DNA of 32,000 bases. Origin: Pirellula staleyi DSM 6068 (GTDB lineage: Bacteria > Planctomycetota > Planctomycetia > Pirellulales > Pirellulaceae). Under the pieces are notes generated by a model that was not told where the DNA came from, ran no database searches, and saw nothing but the letters and a program-made list of their open reading frames with translations. A program made the translations under genes and the position numbers. Shown in pieces: positions 22,296 to 29,762 of the stretch (position 1 is the first letter of the stretch; every line of letters begins with the position of its first letter). Where the stretch lies: the NCBI GenBank assembly GCA_000025185.1, contig CP001848.1, positions 3,210,001 to 3,242,000 on the forward strand. Reading direction: 5' to 3'.

Positions 22296-25160
22296 TTAGT
22301 CGAGATAGAGGTACTCGTTAAGGTTCAGCACGGTGAGGCAAAAGAGCCGCCAGGCAGACTCTTTCGACTGAGCATGTTCTTTCTCGAGGGTATCGATCAG
22401 CTTCAAATGGCGATCGATTTCCACCTCGGAAGGTTCGCGGCACAAGGCAATGCGATAAGCGGCTGCAATGCGCTGCTTCGGATCGTCCCCCGCTTCTTTC
22501 GCAATTCGCTGAGCAAATGCGGTGGCCATATCGCCAGTGAATTTGCCATTGAGCATTGCCAGTGACTGAGCAGGCTGCGTGGTCGAGAACCGCGAGTCGC
22601 AGCTGAAATCGGGATCAGGCAGATCGAACGCACTCAGCAGGGGAGTGAGGAGCGATCGCTTGACGTGGATGTAGACGCTTCGTCGCGAAGCCTCTTCAGG
22701 ACTACTCTTCTGCCAGCCTGCACCCGGAACAGATTGACCGGCGAGCACCTCAGCCGAGATCTCTGGGTAGATCGATGGGCCGAGCATTTTGGTGTTCAGC
22801 GTTCCGCTGGTGGCGAGCAAAGTGTCGCGCACTTCCTCCGCCCCGAGCCGGCGCATATCAAACCGCGAGAAGAGATCGTTGGCAGGGTCCTTTTCGAGTG
22901 CATCAGCCGAGGGACGCGACGACATTTGATAGACGTTCGACATCACCATCGACTTATGCAGACGCTTGAGTCGCCAATCGTGCTCCATCAGGTCAGCAGC
23001 GAGCCAATCAAGCAATTGAGGATGGGTGGGAGGAGTTCCCAGGCCACCAAAGTTGTTCGGGCTGCGGACAATACCTCGTCCGAAGTGATGCTGCCAAACG
23101 CGGTTGACCATCACCCGTGCAGTTAGCAAGTTTTTGTCCGACGCAATCCAGTCGGCGAGAATGCGACGACGTCCCGACGTTTTGGCACTCTCGGGAAGTT
23201 CTGGCATCGCCGGCACGCTGCTATCGAGCACACCAGGAAAACCGGGCGCAACCAGGGGACCGGGCGATTGTGGATTACCACGTTCGAGCAAAAACATCTC
23301 GCGGCCACGATGACCATACTCGGTGATCGTGAGGGCATAGTCGGCAGGGACCTGACGGCCGCGTAATTCATTCTGCTCGCGCTTCAGGCGACGATACTCG
23401 CGCACTGCGTCTCGTCCGAGCAAACTTTCGCCTTGGGTGTTGATGACCTGCTCGATGTCGATCCGCTCTTGCTTGTCGGGAGTTGCCGAGAGAGGGCGGA
23501 AATCGAAATTCGGTCCTTTCCAGCTCATCGTGAGACCTCGACCACCACCACGCTGGAAATACTCGAGCTTGATGGGCTTCTGACCCTGCGTGAGTGCGAC
23601 CTCGATCTTCTGCACAGTCCCTTCACCATGAATGCCGTCGTACTTGATCAGTTCCTTCCCATCGACGATCAATCGCGATCCATCATCGGAATCGAGATGA
23701 AACGTGTATTGGCCATCGGCTGGAACATTCAAAGTTCCCTCGAAGACAAACCCAAAAGCATCGGGACGATCGGCGATCGAGATATCGAATCGCTTCGATG
23801 GAACATCACCCGACCGCTCGGCTTTGAACATCGCAAAGTCGGGAAGGTTGTCCCACGATTCGCGGTAATAGCTGTAGCGGAGCGAGTCGAGATCGCTCGA
23901 GTCGGGCTTGCCCTCTCCGTTCTTGGCGGCCAAAGCTGCCCGAAATTTCGCTTCCGATTCAGCTACGCGTGCTTGGAATTCGTCGCGCTGTTTTTGGAGG
24001 TTTTCCAGCTCATTTTGATAGTTCTGGCGATCTGCATCGGTGCGAAACAGCACCTGCTCGATGTGATCGCCCCGGGTTTGCATCGGGCGAATGTTCGAGA
24101 AGAACGCTGCCATAGCGTAGTAGTCTTTTTGCGGCAGCGGATCGATTTTATGATCGTGGCAGCGAGCGCAGTTGATCGTTAAACCGAGAAATGCCTGGCT
24201 GGTGGTCGCCACGAGATCGTCGAGCTCGTCGAACCGCGCGAGTTCGCGATCGGCTGGTTCGTCGTCCCACAATCCGAGGCGATAATAGCCGGTCGCAATC
24301 AGCGATTCGGGAGTTGGGTTGTCGAGTTCGTCACCCGCGAGCTGTTCGCGAATGAACTGCGTGTAGGGTATGTCGTCGTTAAACGCGTTGATCACGTAGT
24401 CGCGATATCGCCAAACGTGCGGCTTGGGGTTATCGCGCTCGAAGCTGTTGGTTTCAGCATAGCGCACGACATCGAGCCACTTCCGCGCCCAATGTTCGCC
24501 GTAGTGCTTCGAGGCCAACAAGCGGTCGACTACTTTCTCATAAGCCTCGGGGCTGCTGTCGTCGCGAAAGGCTTCCCACTCGGCCCACGTTGGTGGAAGC
24601 CCGGTGAGATCGTAGGTGATGCGCCGCAGCAGCGTGACTTTGTCGGCTGCTGGTGCAGGCTTCAGATTCGCGGCCTCGAGCTGAGCCAGAATGAAGGCAT
24701 CGATCGGCCCTTTTGCCCAGCTCTTGTCGGTAACTTCGGGCACGGCCGGTTTGACGACAGGGCGGAATGCCCAGTATTGTTCCCACTCGGCTCCCGATGC
24801 GATCCAGCGCTTCAGGGTGTCGACTTGCGCGGCGCTGAGTCCTTTCCCTTCGGGCGGCATACGCTCGCTGTGATCGGTGCTGGTGACCCGCCGCAGCAGT
24901 TCGCTTTCGTCTGGTTTACCTGGGACAATCGCCTTCAGCCCCGATTCGAGAACGGCTCGCGAAGCCTCTTGGCTGTTCAGCCGCAGACCACCTTCGGCGT
25001 CGTTGGGGCCGTGGCATTGGTAGCAATTTTTCGCCAAGATGGGCTGCACATCGCGGTTGAAGTCGAGCGGCTTTTCGGTCGCTTGACCGAAGGCGGTCGA
25101 CACCACCAACGTGAGACAGGTCGCAAACAGGCGAGGGAGAGCTAGATAAAGACGACGCAT
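22296..25160 (-). CDS. PSCyt1 (CxxCH) - DUF1549 - PA14 - DUF1553 multidomain secreted protein
   Basis: Signal peptide 'MRRLYLALPRLFATCLTLVVSTAFGQ' from the ATG at 25160. Heme-type motif 'CYQCH' (25011-25025). DUF1549 blocks 'ITYDLTGLPPT' and 'CARCHDHKIDP'. PA14-like 'GQYTFHLDSDDGSRLIVDG' (domain ~23496-23876). DUF1553 block 'VNRVWQHHFGRG'. Confidence 0.9.
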   Translation of the reverse strand: MRRLYLALPRLFATCLTLVVSTAFGQATEKPLDFNRDVQPILAKNCYQCHGPNDAEGGLRLNSQEASRAVLESGLKAIVPGKPDESELLRRVTSTDHSERMPPEGKGLSAAQVDTLKRWIASGAEWEQYWAFRPVVKPAVPEVTDKSWAKGPIDAFILAQLEAANLKPAPAADKVTLLRRITYDLTGLPPTWAEWEAFRDDSSPEAYEKVVDRLLASKHYGEHWARKWLDVVRYAETNSFERDNPKPHVWRYRDYVINAFNDDIPYTQFIREQLAGDELDNPTPESLIATGYYRLGLWDDEPADRELARFDELDDLVATTSQAFLGLTINCARCHDHKIDPLPQKDYYAMAAFFSNIRPMQTRGDHIEQVLFRTDADRQNYQNELENLQKQRDEFQARVAESEAKFRAALAAKNGEGKPDSSDLDSLRYSYYRESWDNLPDFAMFKAERSGDVPSKRFDISIADRPDAFGFVFEGTLNVPADGQYTFHLDSDDGSRLIVDGKELIKYDGIHGEGTVQKIEVALTQGQKPIKLEYFQRGGGRGLTMSWKGPNFDFRPLSATPDKQERIDIEQVINTQGESLLGRDAVREYRRLKREQNELRGRQVPADYALTITEYGHRGREMFLLERGNPQSPGPLVAPGFPGVLDSSVPAMPELPESAKTSGRRRILADWIASDKNLLTARVMVNRVWQHHFGRGIVRSPNNFGGLGTPPTHPQLLDWLAADLMEHDWRLKRLHKSMVMSNVYQMSSRPSADALEKDPANDLFSRFDMRRLGAEEVRDTLLATSGTLNTKMLGPSIYPEISAEVLAGQSVPGAGWQKSSPEEASRRSVYIHVKRSLLTPLLSAFDLPDPDFSCDSRFSTTQPAQSLAMLNGKFTGDMATAFAQRIAKEAGDDPKQRIAAAYRIALCREPSEVEIDRHLKLIDTLEKEHAQSKESAWRLFCLTVLNLNEYLYLD

Positions 25161-25462
25161 GGCCGCTAAAACTCCGACAAAGTTGAAACTGGCAAGCCTG
25201 GCGTGAAGGTGGGCGGGCCAAGCTTCCATGATCGCACATTGCCTACGAAATCGCGAAGCAAAAAGTGCGGGGAAGCGTTTGGCTCGAAGCGGGCTATTTA
25301 TTTTCAGAACGTTTGTAATTTAATACCAGCGGAAGTATATTGCAACCTAATTCCGGTCCTTCGAGGACGAATTTCCCCTTCGTACTTCTTTCCTAGAACC
25401 GAACGCAGGGGCGTTACCTAGGATTTAGCTTCGATTTCTGCTGGAACTTCAGGAAGTGAACT
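25161..25462. promoter_or_regulatory. Divergent intergenic control region (PSD operon / ROK regulator) with an AT-rich core
   Basis: This is a 302-bp gap between divergent starts. The stretch 25295-25355 is conspicuously AT-rich ('ctatttattttcagaacgtttgtaatttaatacc...tatattgcaacctaatt'). AGGAAG at 25451-25456 lies 6 nt upstream of the ROK ATG. No promoter hexamers are confidently assignable. Confidence 0.4.
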
Positions 25463-26638
25463 ATGCGTGTCACGTCGTCGGGTGCCAGGCCCTCGATGCT
25501 TCGCGAGCTCAACGTCAGGCAAGTGGTCGCGGCTGTGCAAAAGCACGGACCGCTTTCGCGGGCCGACATCACGCGTTTGACAGGCATCAGTGGACCGACC
25601 GTCACCCGGGCGGTGATGTCGCTGCTCGATGCAGGGGTGTTCGAGGAAGGGGCGCTGCAACAGGCGGCTGTGGGTCGTCCCGGCAAAGTGGTTCAGCTTG
25701 CTAGCAAAACCGTCACCGTCCTCGGGGTCGTGGTTGGGGCTCGCACTTGTGAAGTAGTAGCCAGCGGCCTCGATGGTGAAATGCTCGAAGGATCAATAGT
25801 CCAGTTTGCCACGCCCGCGAAGTACGAACAACTGGTGAGCGAGATCTGCCGGGCTGCGCAGCAACTTGTCGATGCTGGTGGTCGGACCGCGCTGGCTGTC
25901 GGGGTGAGCCTTCCTGGGTTGTACGACAGCCGCACCGGTTCGACGGTTGTTTCCCCTAACGTGCCGCAAACCAACGGCCGTCAGCTGGGAGCCGATTTGG
26001 CAAAGAAGCTCGAGCTCAAAACGGCTGTGCTGCAGGAATGCGATTCGCTCTGTCAGGCCGAGCAGACGTTTGGCGAAGCGCGTGGCTGTAGCGATTTCGC
26101 GATGCTCGACATCAGCGAAGGTTTGGGGCTCGGCGTGATGCATGGTGGCCGCTTGCTCGATGGTCACAGCGGACTAGCCGGGGAACTGGGGCACGTGACG
26201 GTGAATCTCGCGGGACGCAAATGCGGCTGTGGCAACGTCGGTTGTCTCGAAACCGAGGCGACTGACACGGCGCTGGCCACCGCGCTAGGGGAACGTCTAG
26301 GGCGGACTCTCTCGTTTGATGATGCGATGCAGATGATTCAGTCGGGCGAGCTCGATCCCGAGCAAGAATTGACGCAGGTGCTTGAGTACCTGGCGGTCGG
26401 CGTGGCAGCGGTGATCAATATTTTCAATCCTAGCAAACTGTTCATCTACGGCCGCGTGCTCGACGTTCAGCCGACCGTCTTCGAGCGGCTGTTAGCGCTG
26501 GTTGCGCGGCGCGCACTGGCCCCCTCGAGAGCTGATTGCGAGATCATCCGCGCGCGAGGCAACAAACGCCTCGGCGCCATTGCCGCTGCCATCGAAGTGG
26601 CGACTTCGGTAACCAACTCCGACGGACAGGATGTCTAA
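25463..26638 (+). CDS. ROK family transcriptional regulator (NagC/XylR-like)
   Basis: N-terminal winged-HTH 'LSRADITRLTGISGPTVTRAV' plus the ROK zinc motif 'GHVTVNLAGRKCGCGNVGCLE'. Confidence 0.85.
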   Translation: MRVTSSGARPSMLRELNVRQVVAAVQKHGPLSRADITRLTGISGPTVTRAVMSLLDAGVFEEGALQQAAVGRPGKVVQLASKTVTVLGVVVGARTCEVVASGLDGEMLEGSIVQFATPAKYEQLVSEICRAAQQLVDAGGRTALAVGVSLPGLYDSRTGSTVVSPNVPQTNGRQLGADLAKKLELKTAVLQECDSLCQAEQTFGEARGCSDFAMLDISEGLGLGVMHGGRLLDGHSGLAGELGHVTVNLAGRKCGCGNVGCLETEATDTALATALGERLGRTLSFDDAMQMIQSGELDPEQELTQVLEYLAVGVAAVINIFNPSKLFIYGRVLDVQPTVFERLLALVARRALAPSRADCEIIRARGNKRLGAIAAAIEVATSVTNSDGQDV

Positions 26639-26668
26639 AACGATCGTTATTGCCTAGGAATGCTGGGC

Positions 26669-28660
26669 TTATCGCCCGATGCGCGATTTGGGCTGCAGCG
26701 CGGCTTTTCCCGCTTCGAGCAGGGCCACGATACGATCGACGTCGTAAACGCAGCCTCCCCAGGTGCCACCACCAACGGCTTGCAGCGCGGCCCAGAGTTT
26801 GGTGTCTCCCGGCAGTTCATTGTCGGGAGAGAGGTCGCGGCGAGTGGGGCGCATTGCCAGCAGCATCGCTGCTTCATCAGGCTCCACGATTCCACCGGGT
26901 AGTCCGACGAAATCGACGGTTCCCACCAGATTGTTGCGATCGATTTCGATCCGAATCATATCGCCGTCACGCAGTTTGCCGATCGGTCCCCCCGCGAGTG
27001 CTTCAGGACCGACATGCCCAATGCACGCGCCGGTACTGACCCCCGAGAATCGCGCATCGGTGAGGACGGCAACCTCGCGCCCCCACTTCAAAAACTTCAG
27101 CGCCGACGTGATCTGGTAGGTCTCTTCCATCCCCGAGCCCATCGGTCCGCGGCTGATGAGTACCAAAATATCTCCCGGCTTGATCGGTTCTCCTTCACCC
27201 TTGATCGCCGCGACAGCTTCGCGCTCGGTGGTGAAGACACGTGCTGGGCCGAGCTTGCGATACACACCATCCGCATCGACGACAGCAGGATCGATCGCCG
27301 TCGCTTTGATCACCGAACCTTCGGGACAGAGATTGCCGGTCGGAAAACAAACGGTGCTGGTGAGTCCTCGTTTGCGTGCTTCGGCCGGTGGAATGATCAC
27401 GTCGTCGGGGTTCACGCCATCGCGGCGCTGAAGCTCTTCACGGACCGCTTTACGGCGATCGGAATGTTCCCACCACTCGAGCACATCGCCGAGCGAAATA
27501 CCGGCCACAGTCATTGCGTCGAGCTTGAGCATATCGAGCGCGCGAAGGTGGAGCATCATTTCCGGCACACCTCCCGCGAGAAAGAGTCGCACGGTCGGAT
27601 GATTCACCGGACCGTTGGGAAGTACCGAAACAAAGCGAGGGACTTCGCGGTTGATTTCGCTCCACTGGTCGACGGTGGGGCGTGGCAATTCCGCCGCAAA
27701 TGCGATGGCAGGTATATGTAGTAGCAAGTTGGTGGAACCGCCGCAGGCAGCATGCACCACCATGGCGTTGTGCAAGCTATCGCGGGTGAGAATGTGGCCG
27801 AGTGTCCGATTCTGCTGAGCCAGTTGATGCACGGCGCGAGCACTTCGCGTGGCGATGTCGAGCCAGATCGGCTGACCGCTCGGCGCCAGTGCGCTATGAG
27901 GCAAGCTCATGCCGAGCGCTTCGGCCACCACTTGCGACGTGGCGGCTGTTCCGAGGAACTGGCATCCACCACCAGGCGTGGCACAAGCAGCGCACCCCGC
28001 AGCCGACGCTTCGTCGAGCGAGATTTCGCCGTGGGCATAGCGTGCGCCGATGCTTTGCACTTTGCCGGCATCTTCGCCCGCAATCGGCGGGAGCGTCACA
28101 CCTCCAGGAACAATCACGCCGGGAAGTTTTTTCATCCCCGCCAGCGCGAGCATCATGGCGGGGAGCCCTTTGTCGCAGGTTGCGACACCAATCACCGCCT
28201 GACGCTGAGGGAGCGAGCGAATCAACCGGCGCATCACCACCGCCGCGTCGTTGCGATAGGGGAGACTGTCGAACATGCCGGTCGTCCCTTGCGTTCGGCC
28301 ATCGCAAGGGTCGCTGACATAGGCTGCAAACGGCACACCGCCGAGCGACTTCACTTCCCGCGCTGCGGCGGCGACCAGCAGCCCCACTTCCCAGTGCCCC
28401 GAGTGAAAGCCGAGCGCGATCGGCTGTCCATTCTCGGCGCGCAAACCACCTTGGGTGCTAACGATCAAATACTGTGGCCCCAGCAAATCCTCGGGCTTCC
28501 ACCCCATCCCCGCGTTTTGAGTGAGCCCAAACAAGTCGCCACTCGACCAGGTCCGCAGTATCTCGTCGGTGAGTGGCAACTTGCCCGTCGGACCGGCAGC
28601 AGCAGTAGTGATGTCGAAAAGCGATGGGTCGCCCGAATCAAGAATCGATGGAGAGGTCAT
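26669..28660 (-). CDS. IlvD/Edd-family sugar-acid dehydratase of the YjhG/YagF (D-xylonate dehydratase) type
   Basis: 663 aa. 'LPLTDEIL...SGDLFG...NAGMGW', '[38 protein letters not shown]', '[11 protein letters not shown]' and '[30 protein letters not shown]' match my recollection of E. coli YjhG almost block for block. Confidence 0.85.
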   Translation of the reverse strand: MTSPSILDSGDPSLFDITTAAAGPTGKLPLTDEILRTWSSGDLFGLTQNAGMGWKPEDLLGPQYLIVSTQGGLRAENGQPIALGFHSGHWEVGLLVAAAAREVKSLGGVPFAAYVSDPCDGRTQGTTGMFDSLPYRNDAAVVMRRLIRSLPQRQAVIGVATCDKGLPAMMLALAGMKKLPGVIVPGGVTLPPIAGEDAGKVQSIGARYAHGEISLDEASAAGCAACATPGGGCQFLGTAATSQVVAEALGMSLPHSALAPSGQPIWLDIATRSARAVHQLAQQNRTLGHILTRDSLHNAMVVHAACGGSTNLLLHIPAIAFAAELPRPTVDQWSEINREVPRFVSVLPNGPVNHPTVRLFLAGGVPEMMLHLRALDMLKLDAMTVAGISLGDVLEWWEHSDRRKAVREELQRRDGVNPDDVIIPPAEARKRGLTSTVCFPTGNLCPEGSVIKATAIDPAVVDADGVYRKLGPARVFTTEREAVAAIKGEGEPIKPGDILVLISRGPMGSGMEETYQITSALKFLKWGREVAVLTDARFSGVSTGACIGHVGPEALAGGPIGKLRDGDMIRIEIDRNNLVGTVDFVGLPGGIVEPDEAAMLLAMRPTRRDLSPDNELPGDTKLWAALQAVGGGTWGGCVYDVDRIVALLEAGKAALQPKSRIGR

Positions 28661-28822
28661 AGTGGCTCGCTGGTCGCGCCAGGTTGTGCGGCGCAGTTGG
28701 CTGGTATCGTTGTTATGTTGTGCGTTACCGAAGAATCGAAAGAAGTGGAGCTAGGTTACTGCCTCGCGCCGCAAGTGACCACTCCGCTACCGACGACGAA
28801 GTTCACTGGCAGCAGCGCCGCA

Positions 28823-29542
28823 TCACTGCGACTCGCGCGAGGGTGGAGGGGCGGTCGGCGAAGGAGTTGCAGGCTCGCCGCTGCCGCTGAAAGCTCGGAA
28901 CAAGGCGACGAGCAGCACTGGCACCACGATGGAAATTCCCATCACCAGCGGCATCCCTCCGAGAATGTTCGAAAAACTTCCCATCAGCCCATAAGCGATC
29001 GCAAGCACCAGATTGCTCAGCAGCATCGGCGGCAGAAACACTTTCCACGGCATGCGATGCATCCCTACCAGCAGCACAGTTGCTTCGGCCAAGACCGGCA
29101 CACCACGTCCGGCAAGGATCAGGAGCGGGCCAAATTTTTGCGAGAGTTTTTCCGTACGGGCCAGATCATCGGCGCGCGTCAGCCAGCTTACCAGCGGCGG
29201 GCCCCACCACCGCGCGAGAGCAAAACCGAGCACCGCTCCCAGGGTCATTCCCAGGAAGCTGGCGAGAATGCCCAGCAGCGCGCCGAGCTGCGAGCCAGCC
29301 AGCGTGGTGACCAGACTCGACGGAACTGGCAGAAAAACATCCGTTGCCAGCAGGGCAATGACGATCAAAGCGACCATCGCCGGTGGAGGAGGATTCTTCT
29401 GCCAGGCTGCGAACCACATGTCGATCGAGTCGCTAAACAGCAAAAAAGGGATGATCGGCACCAAAAGGACGATCACCATCGGCAGCATCGGCCTGAGATA
29501 TTGGAGCACGCGTCGTAACTCGATCGATCGACTGGGGTTCAA
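28823..29542 (-). CDS. DedA / TVP38-TMEM64 family membrane protein
   Basis: 'DVFLPVPSSLVTTLAGSQLG' core and a multi-helix hydrophobic profile. The track start 29542 is TTG; the ATG at 29488 is an alternative. It has a Pro/Ser-rich C-terminal tail. Confidence 0.75.
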   Translation of the reverse strand: MNPSRSIELRRVLQYLRPMLPMVIVLLVPIIPFLLFSDSIDMWFAAWQKNPPPPAMVALIVIALLATDVFLPVPSSLVTTLAGSQLGALLGILASFLGMTLGAVLGFALARWWGPPLVSWLTRADDLARTEKLSQKFGPLLILAGRGVPVLAEATVLLVGMHRMPWKVFLPPMLLSNLVLAIAYGLMGSFSNILGGMPLVMGISIVVPVLLVALFRAFSGSGEPATPSPTAPPPSRESQ

Positions 29543-29762
29543 GGAGGGAGGAAAATCGCTGGCCGCTGCTCATCACCGCAGGACCTGCCATGGGAAGCGG
29601 TTTCCTGCGAGGCTCGGTTTCTTCTATACTTACATCTGAGTTCTGCGAGGTTATGCGCTGGAGTATTTGGCAAAGTATATCGCAGCCGCGTGGAAGCGTC
29701 CGCCTCAGGCAATCGTAAAATCGCCGAGCGAATCTGCCACCGAGCAAAGCTCCATCCCGAAG

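Noticed and set aside
26639-26648. Perfect 10-nt palindrome 'aacgatcgtt' in the 30-nt gap between the convergent ROK and dehydratase genes
   Set aside because: It is too short to form a stable hairpin (no loop), it occurs only once, and chance occurrence is plausible. It could be a protein site, but nothing supports that.
27752-29518. 588-aa ORF on the plus strand
   Set aside because: It is antisense to the sugar-acid dehydratase and DedA genes. The translation is extremely Arg/His/Gln-rich and low complexity, with no domain-like blocks.
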